Positions 13,712-26,395 of a DNA stretch of 64,000 nt are shown here, in pieces. The DNA lies in assembly GCA_951406725.2 (NCBI GenBank), contig OX597818.1:55304001-55368000 (forward strand), in the 5' to 3' direction. Numbering within the stretch: position 1 is the first letter of the stretch; each line of letters starts with the position of its first letter. The DNA is from Octopus vulgaris. Taxonomy: Eukaryota. The position numbers were made by a program, and so were the translations under genes. Below the pieces are notes generated by a model. It ran no database searches, was not told the origin of the DNA, and worked only from the letters and a program-made list of their open reading frames with translations.

Positions 13712-13724
13712 AGGTCAAAGGTCA
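13712..13724 (+). promoter_or_regulatory. Perfect DR1 nuclear-receptor element
   Basis: AGGTCA-A-AGGTCA, with extra AGGTCA half-sites at 13689-13694 and 13763-13768. Confidence 0.5.
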
Positions 13725-13813
13725 TGAGAAATTAGTTGTGTGTGTGGAAGTGTGGTGGTGGCAGGTCATGGGAGGGTTAGTCAATGCTGTGAAGAGTCAA
13801 GGACCCAATTGTT

Positions 13814-13852
<39 letters not shown>

Positions 13853-15916
13853 TATATACAGCACAACAATAACCACTTGAGTTAAAAATGAAGTGGCTTT
13901 AATTCCTTCATGGTCCCTTGGCATGCTAGAAATAACAGTCAGATTACCCTCAGATCAAACTCCACTTTTTCAGAGGATATATTCTATCATGTATCTTGGC
14001 TGCCATGGAAACCATGGGCCAGTGTCTTCCTCTATAGCACCAAGCTAATTAATGCCTTGTAACTGGATTTGGTTGATGGAAGCCTATAATCTATTATATA
14101 TATATCATCATCACCATCATCATCATCATCATCATCATCATTATTTAACGTCCATTGTCCATGCTGACATGGGTCAGATGGCTTGACCTGGCTGGCATGC
14201 TGCAAGGCTGCACCAGACTCCAGTCTGATTTGTCATGTTTTTTTTTTTACAGCTGGATTCCCTTCCTAACACCTACCACATCGAGAGCGTAATGGATGCT
14301 TTTACGTGCCATCGGCACCGAGGTGCTTTTACATGCTACCAGTACGTGTGCCATTTGTGTGACACCTGTATCTGCTACAACTGCAATTTTCATGAGTCTT
14401 CTTCTCAAGCATGACATAATACCAAAGGTCTCAGTTTGTGTGTCTGTGTTTGTCCCCGTAGCTTAGCGGTTTGGCAAAAGAGACCGATAGAATAAGTACT
14501 AGGCTTACAAAGAATAAGTCCTGGAGTCGATTTGCTCGACTAAAGGCAGTGCTCCAACATGGCCACAGTCAAATGACTGAAACAAGTAAAAGAGTAAAGA
14601 GAGAGTAATACATATATGACATTTATTTGCGTATTCTTAATGCGTCCAGGCAGGTTCAAATGCAAAATATGCTAATTGTTGTTGTGTACGTCACAGGAGA
14701 ACACTTCACTTTTAAGGTAACATGCTTTTCATAACACACGTGGTTTATTGGTGCTCAGGATTCTGGGATATCAGTGTTTCAACGTGTTGTATCTTGTTGG
14801 CCAGAAGCAGAAGTGCCAGGGCCCTTTAAGCCTTTAAAAAAACCATTTCTTGGAACAAATTGTTCTGCTTCACAAGACCCAACATGTTGAAATGGTGCTG
14901 GTGATCTGCATATGTTATAAACAGACGGTCATCATGAGCTTGTCGTCCTATGATGCATGTTGCTGTGATGGACATGTGGGGCATTTGAACCTGCCCAGAC
15001 ATATTAAGAATAAATATTTCCCTTTCATTTCTTTTTTATTTGTTTCAGTCATGAAACTGTGCCCCTACTGGGGCACTGTCTTGAAGAATTTTAGTCGAGT
15101 GAATCACAACCCCAGCCCTTATTTATTTTCTAAGTCTGGTACTTATTCTATCAGTCCATTTTGCCGAACCACTAAGTTGCAGAGACATAACACACACTTC
15201 TGTGTTTACATACAACGGGCTTCTTTGAGCTTCCAATTGCCGAATCCACTCAAATGGTTTTGGTTGGCCCAAGGCTATAGTAGTAGACACTTGCTCAAGG
15301 TGCTATGCAGTGTGACTGAACCTGGAACCATGTGGTTGGCAAACACACGCATTACCATAGAGCCACACATACACCTATGGACTATCCTTTTCCTTCTCTC
15401 TGGATTTAATCCTCTCTCTACTTAGTGAAGAGCCACACTCAAAACATCACTCCACCCCACCATTCCCATTTTGTTTTATCTCAAACTTTATCCACTCATC
15501 AATCTAATACATTCACCATGTACATCCATTTGACTTTTTGTTTCTTTTTTTTTAATTTGCCTATAAATATACATACATACATATATATATATTATTGTAC
15601 TTTGGGGATGGTCATTTTATTTATTATTTATTTATGTTTTTGCCAAATAAGCACACTTCTTTTCCTTCACTCCTTTATTACTGCCATTTTATTATTTTGA
15701 AGGCTGTCCATTGTCCTGAAATCTTTCCTCACACACCTGTGACCTCTTCAGTGACACTTTCCGTTTCTGCGTGTGTGCACTTGCTCCACTCACTCCATTG
15801 GCAAAAAAAAAAAGAATAATAAATAAATTGACCATCCCAAAGTACAACAATATCTATTTCAACACACAATTTCACATCAGGAATCTTACAAAGCGAACTG
15901 ATAAACGTGTTTGTAT

Positions 15917-15961
<45 letters not shown>

Positions 15962-16451
15962 TATATATACTAGCCTTGAAGCCACCTTTCAGGCTAGATC
16001 CTGTGGAGGGCACATTTGAGGCCTTTAGCCCCACTATCAGGCCACTTTATTGCTTCCTACTCTTGGTGTAATGAAACTTATTCCTGCAAATGTGCTAAGC
16101 ACTGATGCTGATCATAGTTTAATCAATAAGCGTAGGAGTGAAGTAAATGCAGTAAAGGGTGGGGGTCAGTGGTGCCCCAATAAGGTGGCCCTTAAAAAAA
16201 TAGACCCTCTTAGGACATTCTCTGGATTAGGTGAGTTACTGGTTTGAGTTTCGCTGTCCTTCCTCCAGCAGTCTAAGTGGAGTTAACGGGCATAAAAACA
16301 TAACAAACTTCACTCAAATTTATATATATATATACAAAATAAGAAAATGGAGGAATACACTTTAATCAATCATCAACTACCAGATAATACCCATTCACAT
16401 AATTTATTAACCAACTACATAATAACATCAAGATCAAACACAATAATACAG

Positions 16452-16496
<45 letters not shown>

Positions 16497-16499
<3 letters not shown>

Positions 16500-16630
16500 G
16501 AATTTACAAAAACACCAAAGACGAAGACCGGTGTGTAAACAACAAACAGATGTATTAGTTTAACACTTGGGAAGTGAAAAAATCTTTTACATTTCGAGCG
16601 TATGCTCTTCGACAGGAAGGAACACAGAAA
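16497..16630 (-). mobile_element. Penelope-like terminal remnant with degenerate hammerhead
   Basis: Minus strand CTGTCGA-A-GAGC-ATAC-GCTC-GAAATGTA next to (TA)n. A related degenerate copy lies at about 35460-35620. Confidence 0.5.
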
Positions 16631-16873
16631 TTTAACCTTCTTACAATTACTCCTTGGGAGTTCATGGTAGGAAATTCATTGTCATTGCTTCGATTTGGTC
16701 ACCAATGCTATGTATTTAGTTTAAAATGCAACTGTAAAATTTCAAGAAGAGAGGAGATTAGTAACTATACTAACAAGTAAAGTCAATCGTTACAAACTGG
16801 CTGTTGCATGTTGCTACTAGTTTAACCCCCTGGCAGATCTTCCAGCAGCTGGTTATCAGTGCAACACTGCACC

Positions 16874-16927
<54 letters not shown>

Positions 16928-17048
16928 GTAAAATCCTATACCTTGTAGCTTCATAATTTCACAGCTGTGCCTGCACCCGTGGGTGAGAAGTTGAGGGTGA
17001 AGAGTCGGTACCATTTAGGAGAGCCGAATTCAGCCATCTTTTCCTTCA

Positions 17049-17084
<36 letters not shown>

Positions 17085-17095
17085 CTCTCTCTCTT

Positions 17096-17126
<31 letters not shown>

Positions 17127-19377
17127 TTAACCATCTTATTTCTGTATCAATGCCATCGATATTACAAGGACATAAGGAAATGAGATAGCCATTTAAAGTG
17201 GTCCTGTGTAAGATATATATATATATACACACAATTATAAACAAAATATATATATATATTATATATAGAGATTATATATAACGTGAGAGAAAGAGACAGA
17301 CACATGTATGTATGTATATACAGTGGCCTCTTTCATACTCCTGTTTCTCTTTGGTTTAGACTTTAGAGTACAGGGGGTGCCCTTTCCTCAACTCCTTCCC
17401 CTTCTCCCCTTTACTCATGTTTATACTCTTCTTCCACCACCCCTCCTGCCTCCCACACCTAACCCCTGTTATCTCCATATGATATACACACACAGACACA
17501 CACACTCCTGTCATCTCATATGACAACAAACTCATACAAATACACACACACACACGTGCACATACACATGCATGGTTTTGTGTGTCCCTGACCCCTAAAA
17601 GCTATTTTGGACAGCGCTGCTGGTTGATGGCTTGAAACATAGGAGGGAGGGGAAAAAAGCAGCAGTAGCAGAGGCTGTGATGGTTGTGGTGGTGATGATG
17701 ATGATGATTGTGATGATATATTTGTGTCAGTCTGTCTGTCTGTGTGTCTCCAGTCTATGTGGCAGGGGCAAGGGGGTGATGAGGCCTGGGGGGGGGAGGT
17801 TTTGCATGATGACAGGACAAGTTTTTCTTTCCTCCTTTTCTACATATATACATATATATATATATATATATATCAACCCCTTACCTTACACTCAGCTCCT
17901 CTATCTCTATCTCTTCTGGACCCTTGTATCCCTTAGCAACAGGGTCAGCAATGGAAATGAGCTTGAAGGTGGGAAAGGAGGGATTTAACCCTGTCTCCCT
18001 CATCCCTCCCCCCTCACTTCTAACCAACCTGAAGATTTCCTTTTTGTCTCCTCTTCCTGCTCTGTCCCCTCTTTTTTTTTCTTTTTTTCTTTTAAGTTAA
18101 ACACAAAAGAATGCTGCAATAAAGAAATTGATAAATGATTCCCTACTGCTGCTGCTGCTGCTACTACTACTACTTTTCAGCCCCTCCCCCACACACACAC
18201 AACCATGTATATGTAACCATTTTCTCATTGTAGACTTGTAATAACTATGAAAACAAGGTTGAATAACTTCTGCTGCCAAGGTCCCAACATAGCTTACCTA
18301 GCTTGGCCCCTGATGTTGTTGTTTTTAAGGGTCTTTTTTTTTATTATTTATTTATTTATTTTGTGACAAATATAGAACAGAATCGTGACAAGAGACTGCA
18401 TGTTTGTCTAAAAGGAATTTTCAAACAATAATAAAGCTTTCATCCTCGCCATCATTTTAATGTCTGTTTTTCCTGGCTGGTATGGGTTGGACACAGTTTG
18501 ACAGGGCCCCCCCCCCCCCATTAAGTTGCAGAAGTACATTGTACTGAGGAAGAGGGCATAAATATAATTGCTGTACTCTGTGTGTTATGGTCACCCCTCA
18601 CCTTCCTTCTTTGTGTCCTTTCCAACAAAGCATTATTAGATGGTGGTAGGTTAGTTTTTCTATGTAATATAACTGGAAACTGTTAGAGACAGTGGTGGTG
18701 TTGTTGGTTATTATTGTTTGGATCCTTATCAGGCAGGTCCCATGCCCCTATGTCATTCTAGGTGTGCCAGTCCCTTTCTTTTGGACTGCAGGATTTCTGG
18801 GTCATATGCATGGTTTGAAAAGGGGAGGGATAATTTAGCTGCTATTTCCAGTAAGTCAGTTGACCAAATAAAGCCATATCACCTTTGACATGGTATCTCA
18901 TCACACACACACACTGTCACTCACATACACTGTTTCCATCAACCAATTTAATTTGCAATGCATTAGTTGGGCCCAGAGCTTTCATTATCATCATTTAACG
19001 TCCACTTTTCCATGCTGGTATGTGTCGGACGCTTTGGCGGGGCCCCCATTATGTTGCAAGACCACATTGTACTCCATGTCAGCTTTGGCATGATGTCTAT
19101 ACACTCCAATACACACACACACACACACACACGCATGCACACACTGAGATGTGGGCTCCCACACATTGTCCATTCTACCAATTTCATTTGCAAGGCATTG
19201 GTTTACCCCCCCCCCCCCAGAGCTTTCATCATCATCATCATCATTTAACGTCTATTCTTACCATGCTGGTATGGGTCAGACACTTTGATGGGCCCCATTA
19301 ATTTGCCAGACCACATTCTCCTCCATATCAGCTTTGGCATGGGGTCTACACCTGGGAAGCCCCATCCTAACACAATT

Positions 19378-19605
19378 TCTTATTTCTTTGTTGCCCACAA
19401 GGGTTAGGGGACAAACAAGGACAGACAAAGGGATTAAGTCGATTTCATCAACCCCAGTGCGTAACTGGTACTTAATTTATTGACCTCGAAAGGATGAAAA
19501 GCAAAGTGGACTTTGGCGGAATTTGAACTTAGAACGTAGCAGCAGATGAAATGCCGTTAAGCATTTCACCTGGTGTGCTACCGATTCTGCCAGTTCGCCA
19601 CCTTC
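19378..19605 (-). mobile_element. SINE family B copy
   Basis: Reverse complement of the 4961 family. Further copies at about 10140-10765, 31760-31970, 35045-35266, 47440-47825, 49915-50170, 50880-51490, 55395-55615 and 59997-60175. Confidence 0.8.
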
Positions 19606-20009
19606 ATCCTAACACAATTTCTGTCCCCCAAATTCACCCACAAGTCACTGGTTGGCATGGGGGTTGGTTATCTATATATAAAAGCAAGCCCCAAAGTGCT
19701 GTGTTGTGGGACTGAACCCAAAACCACATGGAAGCTAAGCAAGATTTCTTCACCACATGTTTATATGCCTGTCATTAAATACTTTTTCTGTTAAATGTAG
19801 CAGTGCTCCAGTATGGCCAGAACTGGTTCAATACAATTGAGCAACATAGACTGCCTGCTCATGCAGTCAGTCACACACACACACACACACACACACCCCG
19901 AGAGGCTTGTAATTATCCCTGTGCTCTTTGCTCGTTAAGTTGTCTCTGCCACTATCTCCTCCATCACATCATTACTCGTTACCAATAGCACCACTCTATG
20001 TTTATTTTG

Positions 20010-20151
20010 CATGTAAATGTGTGTGTGTGTGTGTGTGTAATATACATACACACACCACCATCATCACTACCATAATGTAAATGTGTGTGTATATATATAT
20101 GTGTGTGTATGTAATATACATACACATACCACCATCACTACCATAATGTAA

Positions 20152-20216
<65 letters not shown>

Positions 20217-20285
20217 ATATATATGTGTGTATATGTGTGTGTATGTAATATACATACACACACCACCATCACTACCATAACGTAA

Positions 20286-20354
<69 letters not shown>

Positions 20355-20470
20355 ATATATATGTCTGTGTATATATGTTGTGTGTGTATATATATATATG
20401 TGTGTGTATGTGTGTGGGAGTATATATAATAATATACATATCTACACACCACCATTACTACCATATCCAT
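20010..20470. repeat. Compound minisatellite: ACACACCACCATCACTACCATAATGTAA anchored units with variable (TG)/(TA) fill, about 4 copies
   Basis: Anchor seen near 20050, 20125, 20258 and 20445. The block is bracketed by CACCACTCTAT at about 19990 and 20479. Confidence 0.75.
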
Positions 20471-21015
20471 GCTATGAACACCACTCTATCACTGCTATTA
20501 TTTCGTTAAGCTAAGGAAAAGGGGCTTTATTTGGTCAACTGACTTACTGGAAATAGCAGCTAAATTATCCCTCCCCTTTTCAAACCATGCATACGACCCA
20601 GAAATCCTGCAGTCCAAAAGAAAGGGACTGGCACACCTAGAATGACATAGGGGCATGGGACCTGCCTGATAAGGATCCAAACAATAATAACCAACAACAC
20701 CACCACTGTCTCTAACAGTTTCCAGTTATATTACATAGAAAAACTAACCTACCACCATCTAATAATGCTTTGTTGGAAAGGACACAAAGAAGGAAGGTGA
20801 GGGGTGACCATAACACACAGAGTACAGCAATTATATTTATGCCCTCTTCCTCACTAAATTGGAGATTCTTTAAACATTGGAGCTTGTTATCTGTGGTTTT
20901 GTTTTTGTTGTTGCTTCGTACCCCCATCCTATTCTCTTATCTTACAGTGGGACTAAAGGACTGAGAGGTGGCTGCAGTGAAGGGATTTGTTTTTATAGTA
21001 ATCTGTTGCATAGAG

Positions 21016-21110
21016 CAGTGCTACTCAGAGTGGTGGCCCCACAGACCCGGTGCTGGTCCGTGGGCCATCAGCTGCCAGTATGCGGCAAGTTTCCAGAAAA
21101 GAAAGAAACA
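21016..21110 (+). mobile_element. hAT/MER5-like DNA transposon end
   Basis: CAGTGCTACTCAGAGTGGTGG...GACCCGGTGCTGGTCCG resembles Charlie/MER5-type termini. Confidence 0.45.
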
Positions 21111-21242
21111 TTATAAAATGCTTACTCTTTTACTTGTTTCAGTCATTTGAAACACTTGAAAGTCATAGGCAGGCGAGACAGCTCACCCTAAATCTCATTC
21201 AGGAGTGGTGGGCATTGATGTCCCGCTATTTATGTCACTTAC

Positions 21243-21297
21243 CAGAATCACATATCAGAACCGAACTGGAGAAGAACTGAAGTGTAAAATCCATTTG
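21243..21297 (-). CDS. Weak candidate exon (QMDFTLQFFSSSVLICDS)
   Basis: Strong donor CTG|GTAAGT on the minus strand and one open frame. Acceptor is weak and no protein recognised. Confidence 0.2.
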
Positions 21298-21674
21298 CTG
21301 GTATACCCCAACCATGGATACGCAAGAATAAATTTGGTGACCTCATTAGTGCCAATGGAACAACAAAAAAAGCGCTCGGTATGCACTGCAAATTGGTTAG
21401 CATTAGTTTGTAAATGGCGTGCAGCATTAGAAATTATGCTGAAGCAGAAATTGGAGGTCAAAGCAGCCCTCTGGATCCTGTCAAACCGTTCTATCCATGC
21501 TTGCATGGAAGAGATATTAAACAAAGGTGTGACTAAGTGGTTGGAATATTAAGATCACGATCATCGTCTGGTTGTGTGTCCTTGAGCAAGACACTTTATT
21601 TTACGCTGCTCCAGTCCACTCGGCTGGCAAAAATGAGCTGTACCAGTAATTCAAAAGACCAGTGTTGTCACAAT

Positions 21675-22040
21675 GTGGAGGCGCAATGACTCAGTGGTTA
21701 GGGCAGCGGACTCGCGGTTTCGATCCTCAGACCGGACGATGTGAGTGTTTATTGAGCAAAAACACCTAAAGTTCCACAAGGCTCCGGCAGGGGCTGATGG
21801 AGAACCCTGCTTTCTCTCACTCTTTCTTCCTGTTGCAGTTGTACCTGCATTCACAAAGGGGCCAGCTTTGTCACCCTCTGTGTCACGCTGAATCTCTGTG
21901 AGGACTACGTTAAGGGCATATGTGTCTGTGGAGTGCTCAGCCACTTGCATGTTAAATTTCAGGAGCAGGTTGTTCCGTAGATCGGATCAACTCTGGAACC
22001 CTCGTCATCGTAAAACTGTTTGTCGTGGAGTGCCAGTAAC
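21675..22040 (+). mobile_element. tRNA(Arg)-like SINE family C
   Basis: GGAGGCGCAATGRCYCAGTGGTTAGGGCAGCGGACTCGCG head, GGTTTCGAT B-box, tail GGAACCCTCGTCRTCG...GGAGTGCCA. Other copies at 25180-25470, 37419-37783, 44630-44850 and 62990-63320. Confidence 0.8.
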
Positions 22041-22863
22041 ATTCAGTGTTTCCTAAGAATGAGTCAACAAGGCATCACATTTCTTCTTTTGTCTTCTCTG
22101 TAAAAATTGTAGAATTTTTATCTCTCTCGATTTCACTTAATTGCTCACACCATCACCACCACCACCACCACCACATCTCCCTCCCTTCCTCTCTTTCTCC
22201 CTCTATGTGTCTGTGTGTGTGATCATGTACTCAACACCCTTGTCCTAGTCGTTCACTCGCTGGCGGCTTTTTGTATGGTGGTGATAGTATTCGTAATGAT
22301 AATAATGAGTGTGATGATAAAAGGCGGCTTTGGTGACGGCGGCGGCGGCTGCGCGTGTAGTGTTTGATGATATTAATGCTGATGGTGCTTGTGGTGGTGG
22401 TGGTGGTGTTGGGAGTGGAGACGGCGGCGGCATGTGCTGGTGACATTAAAACTCATTAAGTTTATCTAGAACAATGATGCGCAAATACTCGCACACGATC
22501 TGCTGTGATAGTTTCAAATTTGGGCTTGGTTAAAAAGTTGATGGAATGTCTCTCTCTCTATATATCTTCTCTATCACACACATACCCATACAGACACACT
22601 TAGGTAGAACGATAGTTCCTCAAATTCTTTAAGTGATGAAGTTTACCATTATGGTTCACGGTGAGTTTATTTTTTTTTTTATGATTATTTTTCTGTTCCA
22701 TTCTTTATATTTATAAATATAATAATAATTTGAGGGAATATATACACGTTTTACTATTTTGCACATTACTTAATCTTCGGTATATTTTTTTATTTTATAT
22801 TTGATATTTCTATGTAATTTAATTTTTCATTTTGAATTAATAAAAGGTGGGGTTTTTTTCCTA

Positions 22864-22905
<42 letters not shown>

Positions 22906-23057
22906 TATGAATAAATGAAAGAATGAAGTTGAACGACAAATTAACAAATTTCCTTTATTTTCGACATATGTTTCGAAGGCTGCATAAACGAATTATCCAT
23001 AAAAAGATATTTCATTTTTCTACTCAAATATATATATATATATAGATATATATACAT

Positions 23058-23200
23058 ATTAGAAGAAATGAGGTACTCTGAAAATCGGATGGTTTATATT
23101 TACAGATATTTATTTGTATATTACATTTTTTATACATCATATAACTTAGATCATGTATTAGCGCTTTCTCCCATTCTAGTGGGGTTTTCAAATTAAACAT
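23058..23200 (-). mobile_element. Penelope-like remnant with U3-A8 hammerhead-like core
   Basis: Reverse complement of 56740-56880, with identical core TTGAAAA-C-CCCA-CTAGAA-TGGG-A-GAA-AGCGCT-A. Confidence 0.5.
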
Positions 23201-23472
23201 ATATATATATGCGTGTGTGTGTGTGTATAGATGTATGTATATTTATACACACAAACACACACGCATATATGTAGCTGCTGCCTTAGTTAATTTATATATA
23301 TATATATTAATTAATATAGCTGTTGGTTATTAGCGGTCAGCAGTGTTCCGATGTTTATGTATTTCTTCTGGTTAACGAATCTGATAAAATGACCTATATT
23401 GCTGAGAACTTCATATTTACGAAACCAGTGGTCACTCCCTGACGAACTGCTGGACTGCGGCCATGCTAAAAG

Positions 23473-23505
<33 letters not shown>

Positions 23506-25645
23506 GATTATTTTGTTTTCCATTTCTTAACTACACATGCGTGTGCCCCCACATCTCACTTCTTCAGCGCCGGGTCCAATGCCTTCATCTGCGTTGGTCC
23601 GTGATTAATTAAATCTTATAACCGTAACCATTCTGTCTTATTAAGCGGATGTGTATGCGTAAAGAAAAAGAACTGTATTATTCTAATGTATCCTTCCGTG
23701 TTTTTGTTAGCTGATATATGTGACTGCTATTTCTAGCATGTGTATCCACATAGAGGCTCTCCCGTTGTCTCATTTCTTCGTTACAAAGTATTAGAAGCCT
23801 TCCTCGGCATCTTTTATCTCCTGTCCTACTGAGACCTTGGGCAGGGGTCTTCTACTAGCCCCGAATCGACCAAAACTTAGCGAGTGGTTTTGGTAACGGA
23901 AACTGAAAGAAGCCTGTCTCTGTGTGTATATATATGTTTGTTTGTCTCTCACAACTGGCGCTAGTTTGTTTACGTCCCCCGTTATTTTGCCGTTCGGTAA
24001 AAAGGGATAGAACAAGTACCGGGCTTTAAAAAAAATAAGTCCTGGAGGTCAATTTGTTCGCGTAAACAACTATTCAAGGCTGCCCCAACATGGCCGCAAT
24101 CCACCAACTGAAACAAGTAAAAGATATATATTTATATATATTCCCTGATGTTGTTTACACAGTCAGCTCAATCCTTATTGTACAGACACACAACTATGGC
24201 TGGATGTAAAGTGTTTACAGCTGCGACCATTATTATTCCGTTTCAACACGTGTATATATGTGGTTAGATGGATAATTGGTCTATTTCTAACAGGCTGATC
24301 GATTTCCTGGTTTCTTGTTCCGCTTATTTTGTGTAGTAATCTTTTTTTCCGTACAGAAAGCTCAGGATGTGTAGCTTAGTGTGTGTTTATGCATGGCTGA
24401 AAGATTTAAAAAGTTAATTTGCTTAGCTAGCATATAAAATCTTGGGTTCGATTCCATGTACAGGAACATAGACAATTTTCCCTTCTGCGATATTTTTCGA
24501 ATAACTATGTAACTCGAAGTCATGACTTTGTGTTTTTGTGTTTTACTTACTTTGTTTAACGAAATTTATTTACTTTGTGTAAAAAAAATTATTTATTTTG
24601 TGTTTTATTTACTTTGCTACGTAGTCGTTGTAGGATCGACTAGCTTGCGCGAGTGCGCGCACCTGGACCACTGTTCGCTAGTAGTACCGTCTCTCCCATA
24701 CCTCGCAGGATAGGGAAAAGGGTTAATATTTTTACCTCATTTTATATTTCAATTATGAAAAAAAAAAAAAAAAATTCTTTCGAAAACTTTCACTTTTTAT
24801 TTTTATTCTTAATTTTTACATTCATCAACTTCTGTACCATTCTCCTTCCTTATATGAAGGGACTTCGAGGGACAGCTAGTCTTAAATTCATCATTTTAAC
24901 CATATGTTTGAGAGGACCCTAACATTTCGATTGAAGGCGGGTACAACTGAATTTTGGGTAGCTTATCAGATATTGAATCTCCCCGAGAATTAAATCCAAA
25001 CGGTTTTAATTATATTTAACGTAATATTTTTCTTTCGAAAATTTATTTTCATTCATTTCACAGAATTTTTTTTTTCCTTCGTGGGGTAAAAAAGTATGAT
25101 CGGACATTCCGTATTTTAAAAACTATAGGTAAAAAAAAAATTATTTGAACAATGGTATGAATTCTCATGTCTACAACACACGTTGTGGGGGTTTATTGAG
25201 TGAAAACACCTAAAAGCTCCACGAATCGTCGGTAGGGGTTGGTGGCAATTTCCGTCAATTTCATCACAACTTGCACTCATTCTTCCTGTTTCTGTTGTAC
25301 CTGTATTTCAAAGGGGCCAGCCTTGTCACGCTCTGTGTATCCTTGAGAACTATGTTACGGGTACACGTGTCTGTGGAGTGCTCAGCCACTTGCACGTTAA
25401 TTTCACGAGTAGGCTGTTCCGTTGATCAGATCAACTGGAACCCTCGTCGTCGCAACCGACGGAGTGCCACGACATTTTTATGCCTTTTTTTAACTCGATA
25501 GATAATTGTACCTTTTTAACGATGTCTAGTGTCCTTTCCTAGATATCTTGGGGAGTTCGAATTATACAGTTTCATATTTAAGAGATGAGGAATTATGTAC
25601 ATTCTTTACATTCGACGGATGTTTGTCCTCATCTTGTTTGTTGTT

Positions 25646-25691
25646 AACACAACGTTTCGGCTGATATACCCTCCAGTCCTCATCAGGTGTC
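25646..25691 (-). ncRNA. Minimal type I hammerhead ribozyme motif
   Basis: ACAC-CUGAUGA-GG(A)CUG-gaggguauau-CAGCC-GAA-ACGU-U-GUGU: stem I ACAC/GUGU, stem II, palindromic stem III ACGU, GUU site. Confidence 0.65.
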
Positions 25692-25939
25692 TTGGGGAAA
25701 TTTCGAACCTGGGTTCTCATTCCTAATTTCGAATTATATATATTGAAACAGCTGTGATCTTGTAAGGTTTTGCTTTGTGAACCATTTCCTAGAGATGTGT
25801 TGTATCTACAGGTCTTTCGTCAAAAGACTTGCTGTGTAGTGAAATCTCGAAGCTGTAGTTGAACGGCGGGGTCGACAATGGAACAAATCTGGTTGCGAAG
25901 CGAACTTTGGCAAACAACCACGTTGATATACATACATAC

Positions 25940-26335
25940 AGGCGTAGGAGTTGCTGTGTGGTAAGTAGCTTGCTTACCAAGCACATGGTTCCGGGTTCAG
26001 TCCCACTGCGTGGCACCTTGGGCAAGTGTCTTATGCTATAGCTTCAGGCCGACCAAAGCCTTGTGGTGGATTTGGTAGACGGAAACTGAAAGAAGCTCGC
26101 CGTATATATAAATGTATAAGTTTGTGTATCTGTGTTTGTCCCCCGACCCCCAACATCGCTTGACAACCGATGCTGGTGTGTTTCCGTCCCCGTAACTTAG
26201 CGGTTCGGCAAATGAGACCGATAGAATAAGTACTAGGCTTACAAAGAATAAGTCCTGGTGTCGATTTACTCGACTAATGGCAGTGCTCCAGCATGACCAG
26301 TCAAATGACTGAAACAAGTAAAAGAGAGTAAAGAG
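25940..26335 (+). mobile_element. Full-length SINE family A
   Basis: Complete head, CORE-like domain and tail with CpGs retained. Other near-full copies: 28480-28935 (+), 33355-33742 (-), 39998-40353 (-), 41951-42332 (+), 46285-46660 (-), 49111-49455 (+). Confidence 0.9.
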
Positions 26336-26342
26336 TACATTA

Positions 26343-26395
26343 TAGAATTCTTGGTTTTCATGCTAACGGCCTGGGTTCGATTCCCGGCATGAGAA
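26343..26395 (+). pseudogene. Partial degenerate tRNA-Glu(TTC) copy
   Basis: AGAATTCTTGGTTTTCATGCTAACGGCCTGGGTTCGATTCCCGGCATGAGAA corresponds to the 3' two-thirds of tRNA-Glu. Confidence 0.5.

Larger units (their letters stand above)
18545..20853. repeat. 331-bp inverted duplication (arms 18545-18875 and 20523-20853)
   Basis: The arms are reverse complements with one mismatch seen (A18804 opposite C20594). Spacer is 1647 bp. Confidence 0.95.

Noticed and set aside
14697-14716. 20-nt micro-exon candidate (CAG|GAGAAC...AAG|GTAACA); also the donor AG|GTGAGT at 16231
   Set aside because: Poor polypyrimidine tracts. Isolated splice-like signals are common by chance.
22231-22446. Pro/Ala/His-rich ORFs resembling a transcription-factor low-complexity region
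   Set aside because: Built from short trinucleotide runs, with no domain and no clear splice signals.
24600-24726. piggyBac-like end ...GGGAAAAGGG-TTAA
   Set aside because: No matching second terminus found nearby, so it cannot be supported as an element.
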